Shown: positions 46,749 through 55,694 of the stretch, piece by piece | Position numbering within the stretch: the first letter of the stretch is position 1 | How the letters are laid out: each line of letters starts with the position of its first letter | Assembly: GCA_963720315.1 (NCBI GenBank) | Contig: CAVRFC010000002.1 | Location: forward strand, 1,213,167-1,277,166 | Direction of reading: 5' to 3' | DNA: 64,000 nucleotides | Source: an uncultured Chloroflexia bacterium | GTDB lineage: Bacteria; Chloroflexota; Limnocylindria; Limnocylindrales; CSP1-4 | Translations under genes and position numbers: made by a program | Notes under the pieces: model-generated | Databases searched by the model: none | Seen by the model: the letters and a program-made list of their open reading frames with translations, nothing else | What the model was told of the DNA's origin: nothing

Positions 46749-49201
46749 GCGTCCGGGGCGCTCTCGGTCGTTCGGGTCCGGCGCGATGCCGCCCGGTTGC
46801 CGCCGGCGCGACCCGAACCGGTCGGACGTCCGCGGCTGCCGCCGGTGCCGCCGCCACGTCCGCCGCCGCGCCGAGCGCCGCCACGGGCCGGCCTGGCGAG
46901 CGCTTCGGGGTTGGGCGGGCCACCAGCCAGTCGCGCGCCGACGAGGTCAACACTCTCCGGCAACGGCACGTCAGCGCCGCAGCGGAGGCAGATGCCGGTG
47001 TCACCCTTCCGAGCGACGGGACCCTCATCCGCATCATGGATTGCCCCGACCGGCTCGAAGTTCGTCGTGAAGTCGCACTTGGGATAGGCCGAGCAGCCCC
47101 AGAAGACGTTGCCCGTTCGACGAGCCCGCCTGGCGACGAGGTGGCCATCGCCGTTCTTCGGACAGATCACCTCGAAGGGCAGCGGATCCGGCGGCGGCGG
47201 ACCCTCCTTCTTGATGTAGTTGCAGTCCGGGTAGCGCGAGCAGCCGACGAACGGCCCGAATCGGCCGTTCTTGCCGACGAGCGTCCCCTCGCCGCACTGC
47301 GGGCAGACCTCGCCCTCGCCGGCCTGCGGCGGTGCCTCGTCGCCGGGCAGTGGCCGCGATTCCTTGTGCTCCGGAAACAGCGAGCAGGCGAGGAATCGCC
47401 CGTTCCGCCCCAGGCGGATCACCATCGGGTGACCCTCGGAGCAGACCTCGTCGGTCGGCTCCGTCGTGAAGTCGGCCCGCTTGAGGACCTTGCGCTTCTC
47501 GTCGACGCGATCGCGGAGCGGACCGTAAAACGCACGCAGAAGCGGCACCCATTCGCGTTCGCCGCGAGCGATCTCGTCGAGCTCCTCCTCCATCCGGGCG
47601 GTGAACGCAAGGTCGACATAGTCGCCGAAATGCTCGACGAGCAGGTCCGTGACGATGCCGGCGACGATCTCGGGATGGAGGCGCCGCTCCGTGATAACGA
47701 CGTAGCCGCGGTCGACGATCGTCGAGATCGTCGCGGCATAGGTCGAGGGACGGCCGATCCCATGCTCCTCGAGGGCCTTGATGAGCGTCGCCTCGGTGAA
47801 GCGGGGCGGCGGCTCGGTGAAGTGCTGGGTCGGCGTCACGTCGGTGACGGTCGTGGGATCACCTTCCGCGAGCGGCGGTAGGCGACGGTCTTCCTCGTCC
47901 TCGGCCGCGGCGTCGTCGTCGCGGCCTTCCGTGTAGACCCGCGAGAACCCGTCGAAGAGCGTTCGGGTGGCGCTTGCCCGGAGTTCGTACGGCCCCGCCG
48001 ACAGCTCGATCGACGTGGTCTCCATCTCCTTGGCCGCCATCTGCGAGGCGATCGCACGCTGCCAGATGAGGCGGTAGAGGCGGAGCTCCTCGGGCTTGAG
48101 TGAGCCCTCCAGCGATTCCGGCTCCCGCCGAAAGCTCGTCGGGCGGATCGACTCGTGCGCCTCCTGGGCGCCCTTCGCCTTCGTCTTGTAGACCCGGCCC
48201 TTCGGCATCGTGTACGCCTCACCGAACCGGCCGCGAATGACGTCGCGGGCCTCGCCCATCGCGACGCCGGCCATCGCGGTCGAGTCAGTTCGCATGTAGG
48301 TGATGAGCCCGACATGACCGTCCGGGGTGTCGGCGCCCTCGTACAGGCGCTGGGCGATCGACATCGTCCGCTTCGGGCTGTAGCCGAGCTTCCGGCTGGC
48401 CTCCTGCTGGAGCGTCGATGTCGTGAACGGCGGCGCCGGGCTACGCGTCTGCTTCCGCGTCCCGACCTTGGTGACGAGCGGCGTGAGCTCCCGCAGAGCC
48501 GAGGCGTGGCGCTCCGCGGTCTCGCCGTCGCCAACGTCGAGTGCTGCCCCATCGATCCTGACGACTTCGGCCGGAAACGCCGTGCCGTCCGCGGTCGCGA
48601 GGCTTGCCTCAAGCGTCCAGTACTCGCGCGCCGTGAAGGCGTCGATCTCCCGCTCACGCTCGACGACGAGCCGGACCGCCACCGACTGGACGCGCCCCGC
48701 CGACAGGCCCGCGCGAACCTTGCGCGCCAGCAGCGGGCTGAGCGTGTAGCCGACCAGGCGGTCCACGATCCGGCGGGTCTGCTGGGCGTCGACGAGGTTG
48801 GTGTCGATCTGGCGCGGGTGGGCGAACGCTTCGCGGATCGCGCTCTCGGTGATCTCGCTGAACGTGACGCGCTGGGTCTTCGCCGCGGGGACGTTGGCGG
48901 CCTCGATGACGTGCCACGCGATCGCTTCGCCCTCGCGATCAAGGTCAGTGGCGAGGAAGACCATATCCGCCGACTTGGCGGCCTTCGTGATCTCGGCGAC
49001 CTGCTTCTTGCGATCTTCCGAGATCACGTACTCCGGCGCGAAGTCGTTGTCGACGTCGACGCCGAACTTACCCTTGCCGGGGTTTTCCGGCAGATCCCGG
49101 ACGTGACCGTATGAGGCGAGGACCCGATAGTCCTCGCCCAGGTAGCGTTCTATGGTCCGCGCCTTGGCAGGCGACTCGACGATTACGAGGTTCTTTGGCA
49201 C
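46745..49201 (-). CDS. topA: DNA topoisomerase I
   Basis: ORF 46745..49201 has a Toprim domain (MPKNLVIVESPAKARTIERYLGEDYRVLASYGHVRDLP), the active-site region (GLITYMRTDS), C-terminal Cys4 zinc ribbons and an Arg/Gly-rich tail. Confidence 0.9.
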   Translation of the reverse strand: MPKNLVIVESPAKARTIERYLGEDYRVLASYGHVRDLPENPGKGKFGVDVDNDFAPEYVISEDRKKQVAEITKAAKSADMVFLATDLDREGEAIAWHVIEAANVPAAKTQRVTFSEITESAIREAFAHPRQIDTNLVDAQQTRRIVDRLVGYTLSPLLARKVRAGLSAGRVQSVAVRLVVEREREIDAFTAREYWTLEASLATADGTAFPAEVVRIDGAALDVGDGETAERHASALRELTPLVTKVGTRKQTRSPAPPFTTSTLQQEASRKLGYSPKRTMSIAQRLYEGADTPDGHVGLITYMRTDSTAMAGVAMGEARDVIRGRFGEAYTMPKGRVYKTKAKGAQEAHESIRPTSFRREPESLEGSLKPEELRLYRLIWQRAIASQMAAKEMETTSIELSAGPYELRASATRTLFDGFSRVYTEGRDDDAAAEDEEDRRLPPLAEGDPTTVTDVTPTQHFTEPPPRFTEATLIKALEEHGIGRPSTYAATISTIVDRGYVVITERRLHPEIVAGIVTDLLVEHFGDYVDLAFTARMEEELDEIARGEREWVPLLRAFYGPLRDRVDEKRKVLKRADFTTEPTDEVCSEGHPMVIRLGRNGRFLACSLFPEHKESRPLPGDEAPPQAGEGEVCPQCGEGTLVGKNGRFGPFVGCSRYPDCNYIKKEGPPPPDPLPFEVICPKNGDGHLVARRARRTGNVFWGCSAYPKCDFTTNFEPVGAIHDADEGPVARKGDTGICLRCGADVPLPESVDLVGARLAGGPPNPEALARPARGGARRGGGRGGGTGGSRGRPTGSGRAGGNRAASRRTRTTESAPDA

Positions 49202-49208
49202 GGCCGGG

Positions 49209-49236
49209 AGTGTAGCACCGGGTCATGCACGGCCAA
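49209..49236 (-). promoter_or_regulatory. Candidate sigma70-type promoter for topA (TTGGCC-N16-TGcTACACT), implying a leaderless or near-leaderless transcript
   Basis: The minus strand has a -35 TTGGCC (49236..49231), a 16-nt spacer with an extended-10 TG, and a -10 TACACT (49214..49209) that ends 7 nt before the GTG start at 49201. This is a sequence match only. Confidence 0.3.
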
Positions 49237-49272
49237 TCGACTTGGGATTGGCCGCGCCTTGCGGCGTCTTTC

Positions 49273-49438
49273 ATGGTCCGACAGCCGGACCAACGGGCGG
49301 AGGAGGCATCTCCGGACGCCGAATGAGGACGCGTCCCGCGCCGCTTGGTCCGTCAGGCGGACCAACGGGCGAACGAGGGGCCTGCCGGCGCGATGCGTCC
49401 GGGTCACCTCCGCTGCTTGGTCCGCCCACCGGACCAGC
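49273..49438. repeat. Three palindromic repeat units at exact 72-bp spacing upstream of topA
   Basis: The units are aTGGTCCG-ACAGC-CGGACCAA (49273-49293), TTGGTCCG-TCAGG-CGGACCAA (49345-49365) and TTGGTCCG-CCCAC-CGGACCAg (49417-49437). The first two are followed by CGGGCG. They share the core of the 27.9-kb and 13.1-kb repeats. Confidence 0.8.
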
Positions 49439-49455
49439 GGCAGGAAAGAGGTGCC

Positions 49456-49809
49456 CTAGACGTCGCGGATGCGGCGGAGGAAGTCCTCGTCAAGCTCGAG
49501 GTCCTTGTCGGCCTCTTCGGCCTCGGCGGCGACGGCAGCCTCGGCCGCGGCGGCTGCTGTTGCGGCGTCAGAGGCGGGAGTGTCAATCCCGGCCAGCGCC
49601 GTCGACGCCGGCGGGATCTCGAGAAACCGAACGTGCAGGTACGGGAAGTAGAAGACACCTTCGCTGCGCTCGATGAAGACGGGCCGCTTGCCGTCCATTG
49701 TCCGCAGGTTCGTACACAGCAGACCCTGGTCGAGGGCCTGCGGCATCTGGAACAGGTCGGCAAGGACCGGCTGCTCGTTCAGCAGGTGGATAACGGCGTT
49801 CTTGATCAC
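49456..49809 (-). CDS. Hypothetical small protein (117 aa), compact N-terminal domain plus Ala-rich acidic tail
   Basis: ORF 49456..49809: MIKNAVIHLLNEQPVLADLFQMPQALDQGLLCTNLRTMDGKRPVFIERSEGVFYFPYLHVRFLEI.., then AAAAAEAAVAAEAEEADKDLELDEDFLRRIRDV. Composition is coding-like. I recognise no family. Confidence 0.55.
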   Translation of the reverse strand: MIKNAVIHLLNEQPVLADLFQMPQALDQGLLCTNLRTMDGKRPVFIERSEGVFYFPYLHVRFLEIPPASTALAGIDTPASDAATAAAAAEAAVAAEAEEADKDLELDEDFLRRIRDV

Positions 49810-49825
49810 CGCGGCAGGCCGCCGA

Positions 49826-51445
49826 TCATCGGGGGTGGTAGAAGTCCACGACGAGGCGGACCCGGCCGCCGGACACCCAGACGCCGATCCCGACGCGGTC
49901 GTACTTCGAGTTCATAAGGTTGACGTAGTGGCCACCCTGGGGGCTCCACGATCGCTCGCTCTGGAAGTAGAGATGCGAGCCGAGTACGGCCGATCTCGGG
50001 TTTCCGGAGCGGCAGCCGAGGTTCTCGGCCCAGATGTAGCTCGTGTAGCCAGCAGCCCGGAGCCGGTCGCCCGGGTTGCCGCCGGAGAAGTGGGTGCATG
50101 CCCCCGACGTGGCGAGCTTCTTCGCGTACGGCCGCGCGACCTTGGTCGAGATGCCCGCGTCCAGTTTGAGCGCCGCGACGCTCCGGCCACCGGGACTGCT
50201 GCATGTCCCAGAGGAAGTCACCAGGCCGCCGGTCCGGGTGCAGTTCATGAGCCCGAGGTAGTACGTTTCGACCGCGCCCCAGCTGCCGCCGCCCACTGCG
50301 CCGCCGCTCGAGATCACCTTCGGCGCTGCGGGCGTCGCCTTCGTCTCAACGGTGATCCGGACGCTGCTGGCGGCCTCCAGCTGTGTCCCAGCCGCCGAGA
50401 AAGCCGTGTTCTTGACCAGCATCTCGATCGAGGCGCCGTACGGCAGCAGCTCTGACGGCCTGAAGACCAAGACGCTGTCGTTCTCGGCGAACGAGACGGT
50501 CCCGGCGATCGCCTTGCCACCGATCAACGCCGTGAAGGCGGCCTTCGTGCTCTTGCGCTCCATCGGGTGGGTGAAGCGGACGGAGAGTGTCGCCGACCGC
50601 TCGACGTTCGCCGTTCCGTGGAGCGGCCGGAAGCGGACGACGCGCGGCGCCGCCGTCGTCGAGATGGCCAGGGTGGGGCTTGCCGCCAGCGGCGCCCCGG
50701 CGGCGTCGACCAGGCCGACGAGGCTCACCGTGTACGCCGTGGCGGGCGCGAGGGGCGTCGATGGGGTGAAGACGAAGGCGGATGCGCCGACCGGAGCCTG
50801 GGCGATCTCGAGCGTGCCGGTCAGCGGCGGGCTGAACTTCAATGCGGCGCGAACGGCGCCGAGCTCGACCGGTTGATCGAAGGTGATCCGGAACGCCGAC
50901 GACACGGTCGCATCCGCGCCGGCCATCGCCGTCGCCTCGATCTGACCGACCGTGGCGGCGCGCGTCAGGAAGACTGCCCGGGCCGGGACCGTCATCGGTC
51001 GCCCGCTCGCGCCGAGCGCGCCGGGCAGGACCGTGATCGTGTGGTACGTGGCGGGCGTCCAGCCGCGGGTCGGGGCGATCGTCAGGCGGGTGCCGGTGGC
51101 GTCCCACGACAGCACGACCGAGGCGGCCGGGTCAACGTCTAGTGATGCCGCGACGCTCCGCTGGTCCATCGGCGCGCTGAACGAGATCGAGACGGGCGCG
51201 TCGAGGCCGGTGCCGGCGGCGATCGTGGAGGTGAACGCGGCGTTCGTCAGCGGCACGATTTCCGGAAGCGGCGGCGTCGCCACCGTGCTCCTGGGTGTGA
51301 CCAGTCCGAAGGCGCCGATCGCTATCAGGCTTCCGACCCCGAGCGCCACGGCGATTCGCGCCGCGATTGTGCGTCGGAAGAGGACGGGAAGATAGATCAG
51401 GGCGAGGACGGGCACGGCCAGCAGCGCGGCGGCGAGCTTTCGCAA
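49826..51445 (-). CDS. Membrane-anchored/secreted protein with SbsA-Ig (Big_5)-like repeats and C-terminal CAP/SCP (YkwD-like) domain
   Basis: ORF 49826..51445 has an N-terminal TM, then repeated modules of the form ..FSAPMDQRSVAASL..PATYHTITVLPGA.. / ..FDQPVELGAVRAALKFSPP..ATAYTVSLVG.. / ..RFTHPMERKSTKAAF... The C-terminus reads ..YYLGLMNCTR..CTHFSGGNPGDRLRAAGY..WAENLG..GHYVNLMNSKYDRVGIGV. Confidence 0.7.
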   Translation of the reverse strand: MRKLAAALLAVPVLALIYLPVLFRRTIAARIAVALGVGSLIAIGAFGLVTPRSTVATPPLPEIVPLTNAAFTSTIAAGTGLDAPVSISFSAPMDQRSVAASLDVDPAASVVLSWDATGTRLTIAPTRGWTPATYHTITVLPGALGASGRPMTVPARAVFLTRAATVGQIEATAMAGADATVSSAFRITFDQPVELGAVRAALKFSPPLTGTLEIAQAPVGASAFVFTPSTPLAPATAYTVSLVGLVDAAGAPLAASPTLAISTTAAPRVVRFRPLHGTANVERSATLSVRFTHPMERKSTKAAFTALIGGKAIAGTVSFAENDSVLVFRPSELLPYGASIEMLVKNTAFSAAGTQLEAASSVRITVETKATPAAPKVISSGGAVGGGSWGAVETYYLGLMNCTRTGGLVTSSGTCSSPGGRSVAALKLDAGISTKVARPYAKKLATSGACTHFSGGNPGDRLRAAGYTSYIWAENLGCRSGNPRSAVLGSHLYFQSERSWSPQGGHYVNLMNSKYDRVGIGVWVSGGRVRLVVDFYHPR

Positions 51446-51577
51446 TAGACAGTCTCCTGGGCTGGTTCGCTGGGGGACGACACCACATAGGGCTGTCTGA
51501 CCGTCCGGGTGAGCTCGGGCGGCCCGCGGCAGCCTAGCACGGCTGATCGCCGCCGGGCAACCGTCGGGAGGAGCCCC

Positions 51578-52858
51578 TCAGGCCGCTGAAGGCTCCGGCG
51601 GATCGGCGTTCGCGAGGCGACCAGCCGGCCGATACCGCCCGTAGGCACTCGTCGCCAGGCCCCGGAGCTCGAGCAGCGTCAGGGCGCCGAGGGTGGTCGC
51701 CACCGGGTGACCCGTCGCCGCTACGAGTTCGTCCAGCGTACCGCGGCCCCGAATGAGCTCGATCGCCACGCTCCGGGCCGTCCTGCCGAGCTCGATGAGC
51801 TCGGCCTCGAGCGACGGCCGCCCGGCGAGCCTTGCCGGGCCCTTCGTCTGGAGCAGCCCGAGGTCTTCGATCAGCTCCGGGATACCGGCAACGATCCGGA
51901 CTTCCTCAGCGTAGTCTCGCAGCCAGAGGAGACAGCCTGCCGAGCGCGGTTCCCCGATCGGGCCGGGAACGATGAAGCACTCGCGGCCCTGCTCGAGGGC
52001 CCACGCGGCGGTGATCAGGGCGCCGCTCTTCTCGGCCGCTTCCACGACGATGGTCGCGTCGGAGAGCCCGCTGATGATTCGATTTCGGCGCGGGAAGGCA
52101 CTCGCGGTGGCCGTTGCATCGGGCACCTGTTCCGAGACGATTGCGCCGCCGTGGACCAGGATCGATCGGGCGAGGTTCGCATGGGCCCGAGGGTAGAGCC
52201 GTCCGTGCCCGGAGCCGAGCACGGCGACGGTGACGCCGTCCTCCGCCGTGACTGCCGCCTGGGCCGCCCCGTCAATGCCAACCGCGAGGCCCGAGACGAC
52301 GCTCGCCCCGGTCTTCGCAATCGCAGCGCCGATCCGCGCCGCGGTCAGCCGTCCGGCCTCCGTCGGCCGGCGCGTCCCGACGACGGCGACCGCATGCTCC
52401 GCGGACAGAGCGGCCACATCGCCCGTTACAAAGAGGACATGCGGAGGCATTTCGATCGTCCGCAGCCGGCCTGGATACGCCTCGTCGTCGAGGATGAGGA
52501 TTTCGACTCCAGCCGCGTCGATCCGGCGGAGCACCGGAGCCGGATTCCGGGCTACGTCGGCAATGGCCTCAGCGACGGCGCGTCCGAATGTTTCGCGGCC
52601 GTCGTTGGCACCGCCCGCGACCAGCGCGGCAACGCCACCCGGCCGAACCGCCCGCTCGAGGATCGCCAGTCCTGTTCCGAACCGCCTGAGGAGCGCTCCG
52701 AAACCGACCGGCCCCAGTCCGACCACGGACACGAGGACCGCCCATGCCTCGCGCTCCCTGAGGCTCACGGAGGTCCGGGCAGGCGTCACGGGCGTCGCAC
52801 GTGGCTCCGTCGCCGCCCCTGGCTCCCCGACCGGCCCGGAGGCCCCAACGCCCAGCAC
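51578..52858 (-). CDS. dprA: DNA-processing protein DprA (Smf)
   Basis: ORF 51578..52858: ..VVSGLAVGIDGAAQAA..VAVLGSGHGRLYPRAH..FPRRNRIISGLSDATIVVEAAEKSGALITA... The start abuts the comM stop. Confidence 0.85.
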   Translation of the reverse strand: MLGVGASGPVGEPGAATEPRATPVTPARTSVSLREREAWAVLVSVVGLGPVGFGALLRRFGTGLAILERAVRPGGVAALVAGGANDGRETFGRAVAEAIADVARNPAPVLRRIDAAGVEILILDDEAYPGRLRTIEMPPHVLFVTGDVAALSAEHAVAVVGTRRPTEAGRLTAARIGAAIAKTGASVVSGLAVGIDGAAQAAVTAEDGVTVAVLGSGHGRLYPRAHANLARSILVHGGAIVSEQVPDATATASAFPRRNRIISGLSDATIVVEAAEKSGALITAAWALEQGRECFIVPGPIGEPRSAGCLLWLRDYAEEVRIVAGIPELIEDLGLLQTKGPARLAGRPSLEAELIELGRTARSVAIELIRGRGTLDELVAATGHPVATTLGALTLLELRGLATSAYGRYRPAGRLANADPPEPSAA

Positions 52859-54445
52859 TCAGCTCGCCTCGCGGGCGCCGAGCCGGGCGGTCGGCGATCG
52901 GAAGCGAGCGGCTTCCTCCAGATGCGCACCGAGGACCGCCCGCGCGCCGGCCAGGTCGGCGATCGTCCGGGCGACGCGAAGCAGTCGTTCCGTGCCACGA
53001 CCGCTCAGGCCCTCGAGGTCCGCCAGCTCGATCGCGCGCCGGGACGCGACCGGGCTGAGCCGGCACATCGACCGCAGCTCGCGCCCGGAGATTCGTCCGT
53101 TCAGGCGCCCGCTCCCGCGGCTTCGCTGGACGCCACGCGCCTCCGCGATGCGCCCGGCGACAACGGCGGAGCTCTCGGGCTCCTCTCCGGCCATGATTGC
53201 CGCGGGCGCCACCTTCGGCATCGTGATCCACAGGTCGATGCGATCGCGGAGTGGCCCCGAAACCCGTCCGGTGTAGCGCTCCGGGACCTCGGGCCCGCAG
53301 CGGCACCGGCCGGACTCGTCGCCGGCCAGTCCGCACGGGCACGGATTCATCGCGGCGACGAACTGAAAACGGGCCGGGAACGTCGTCGCTCGACCGACAC
53401 GCGCCACCGACACGCGACCTTCCTCAAGCGGCTGGCGGAGGGCCTCGAGGACGTCCCGGGAGAACTCCGGCAACTCGTCGAGGAACAGGACACCGTGATC
53501 GGCGAGCGTGACCTCGCCGGGCGACATGCGCGGCCCACCACCGACCATCGCCGCGTAGGACAGCGTGTGGTGCGGCGCCCGGACGGGCGCCTGGCGGACG
53601 AGCTCGCGCGGCGAGTCCCCCGCCACCGACGCGACGATCGTCGCCGCCAGCGCCTCGGCATCGCCGAGCGGCGGCAGCAGGCCCGGAATCGTGCGGGCGA
53701 GCAGCGTCTTGCCCGACCCTGGCGGGCCAACGAGCAATAGGCCATGACCGCCTGCGAGCGCGATCTCGAGCCCGCGTCGCGCCTCCATCTGACCGCGAAC
53801 CTCGACAAGGTCGGCGACGTCGAGGGGAGACCCGGGTCGGCGAACCGACGCGGGGACGGTCGCCGGAGTTGTCGCCGGGGCGGCTGCATCCACGCCGAGA
53901 TCAACACGCGGCGGCAGCGTCACCGTGCGCCGTCCCGACCGGCGCCGGACCACCTCGACGGCATCGCGGAGCGTCGCGACGCCGATCGCCTCGATCCCGG
54001 CGGCGAGACCCGCTTCCTCCTCGACCAGGTCCGGGACGACGACCCGCCGCAGGCCCCGCCGAGCGAGCGCGGTGGCCATCGGCAGGATCCCGGGCACCGC
54101 CCGTACTTCTCCGCCGAGCGACAGCTCGCCGATCAGCCCGATCCGACCGGGAGCAGCCCGAACCTGCTCCGACCCGAGCAGGATGCCCATGGCGATCGCG
54201 AGGTCAAGCGACGCGCCGGCCTTGCGTTGCTCGGCTGGCGCCAGGTTGACCGTGATCCGGCGCGGCGGATGGACGAACCCGGCGTTCCTGATCGCGCCTC
54301 GAACCCGCTCGCGCGCCTCCTGGAGCGCGGCGTCCGCGAGCCCGACGATCGTGAACCCCGGCAGTCCTCCGGCGACGTCCACCTCGACGCGAATCACCCG
54401 GCCGTCGAGGCCGACGACGGTTGCGGACAGGAGGGTCGCGAGCAC
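52859..54445 (-). CDS. comM: Mg-chelatase-like AAA+ protein ComM/YifB
   Basis: ORF 52859..54445: MLATLLSATVVGLDGRVIRVEVDVAGGLPGFTIVGLADAALQEARERVRGAIRNAGF..LLLVGPPGSGKTLLA..GVLFLDELPEF.. Confidence 0.9.
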   Translation of the reverse strand: MLATLLSATVVGLDGRVIRVEVDVAGGLPGFTIVGLADAALQEARERVRGAIRNAGFVHPPRRITVNLAPAEQRKAGASLDLAIAMGILLGSEQVRAAPGRIGLIGELSLGGEVRAVPGILPMATALARRGLRRVVVPDLVEEEAGLAAGIEAIGVATLRDAVEVVRRRSGRRTVTLPPRVDLGVDAAAPATTPATVPASVRRPGSPLDVADLVEVRGQMEARRGLEIALAGGHGLLLVGPPGSGKTLLARTIPGLLPPLGDAEALAATIVASVAGDSPRELVRQAPVRAPHHTLSYAAMVGGGPRMSPGEVTLADHGVLFLDELPEFSRDVLEALRQPLEEGRVSVARVGRATTFPARFQFVAAMNPCPCGLAGDESGRCRCGPEVPERYTGRVSGPLRDRIDLWITMPKVAPAAIMAGEEPESSAVVAGRIAEARGVQRSRGSGRLNGRISGRELRSMCRLSPVASRRAIELADLEGLSGRGTERLLRVARTIADLAGARAVLGAHLEEAARFRSPTARLGAREAS

Positions 54446-54527
54446 AGCTGGACGGTAGTCGGAGCGACTCTCCGCGGGCTCAACCGTCGATTACGCTGCG
54501 ACTCACCGAGGGCGAGATCCCTCCGCT

Positions 54528-55694
54528 CTATCGCCCGACCGCCGCCACCTGGGCCGCCGCCGGCTGCTTGTCGATCACCCGGGCGAAGTCGAGCAGCGAG
54601 CGCCCGAGGAGGGAATCGGCCTTCGTGAACATGAACGGCGCGCCAGAGTTCAGGGCGCTGATCGCACCGCGGTACTCGTTGACGACCTGGTGGTCGATCG
54701 TCCGCTTCAGCGCGCCCTCGGCGTTCTTCACGTTGATGCCGGTGAACGCGTTCGAGCGATTGAGGACAAGCTGGACCTTGCCCGACTCGTAGCCCAGATG
54801 GCCGATCGTCTCGAGGACGAGCCGGACGTTCTTGAGGCAGGACAGGTCGGCGGTCATGACCACGAACATCGTGTCGGCTACCTCGAGGATCCCGAGGTTG
54901 ACGTCGTCGAGCCGCTTGTCGATGTCGATGAGGATGTAGTCGTACAGGCCGCGCAGCTGGTCGATGATCGCCGGCAGGTGCTCCGGCGTGACAAGCTCGG
55001 CCGTCTCGGGAGACGGCGGCGCCAGCAGCAGGTCGACGCCCGAATCGTGCTTGACGAGGACCTGCCGGATGAGGTCCTGGTCGATCGACGGCGCCGTGAC
55101 GATGTCGACGATCGACTTCTTGTCGAGCCCGAGATCGAGGAAGACCCGGTGGTCGCCGAACTGGAGATTGCCGTCGACGAGGCAGACCTTCCGGCCGAGC
55201 TCGCGGTGCAGGGCGATCGCCGCGTTGATCGCGATCGTCGTCGTCCCGACCCCGCCCTTCGCCCCGTACAGGACCATGACCCGACCGAGCGGCGGTCGGC
55301 CGACGAGCGCATCGCGCGGGGCGAACCGGGCGAGGAGGCTCTTGATCCGAGCCATGAGCTCGGCCGGGTGGAACGGCTTGATCAGGTAGTCGTCGGCGCC
55401 GGCTCGGAGGCCACGGACCTTCTGCTCGACCTCGCGCTCGGCGGTCAGCATGATGATCGGGACGTGGGCGGTCGTTCCCTCCTCGGTCCGGATCTTCGTC
55501 GCGACTTGGTATCCGTCGAGCTTGGGGAGCATGACGTCGAGGAGGATCAGGTCGGGAGCCTCGGCGCCCCACAGCCGGAATCCCTCGGCTCCGTCCGACG
55601 CGATGACGACGTCGTAGCCTTCCTGCTTCAGGGTGTACTGGAGCAGGCGCTGGACGTTTGGGTCGTCGTCGACGACGAGGATCTTTGCCGCCAT
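54528..55694 (-). CDS. Response-regulator receiver domain fused to a CpaE/TadZ-like (MinD/ParA superfamily) ATPase domain
   Basis: ORF 54528..55697; I prefer the ATG at 55694. The REC domain reads KILVVDDDPNVQ..DLILLDVMLPKLDG..DDYLIKPF. Next come the deviant Walker A YGAKGGVGTTTIAINAA and ..YDYILIDID... Confidence 0.8.
   Translation of the reverse strand: MAAKILVVDDDPNVQRLLQYTLKQEGYDVVIASDGAEGFRLWGAEAPDLILLDVMLPKLDGYQVATKIRTEEGTTAHVPIIMLTAEREVEQKVRGLRAGADDYLIKPFHPAELMARIKSLLARFAPRDALVGRPPLGRVMVLYGAKGGVGTTTIAINAAIALHRELGRKVCLVDGNLQFGDHRVFLDLGLDKKSIVDIVTAPSIDQDLIRQVLVKHDSGVDLLLAPPSPETAELVTPEHLPAIIDQLRGLYDYILIDIDKRLDDVNLGILEVADTMFVVMTADLSCLKNVRLVLETIGHLGYESGKVQLVLNRSNAFTGINVKNAEGALKRTIDHQVVNEYRGAISALNSGAPFMFTKADSLLGRSLLDFARVIDKQPAAAQVAAVGR

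Noticed and set aside
54528-55694. A Tad/Flp pilus locus inferred from the CpaE/TadZ-like gene.
   Set aside because: No cpaF/tadA ATPase, tadB/C, secretin, prepilin peptidase or pilin genes are anywhere in the 64 kb. The neighbours are an SPFH/NfeD pair, a hydrolase and comM.
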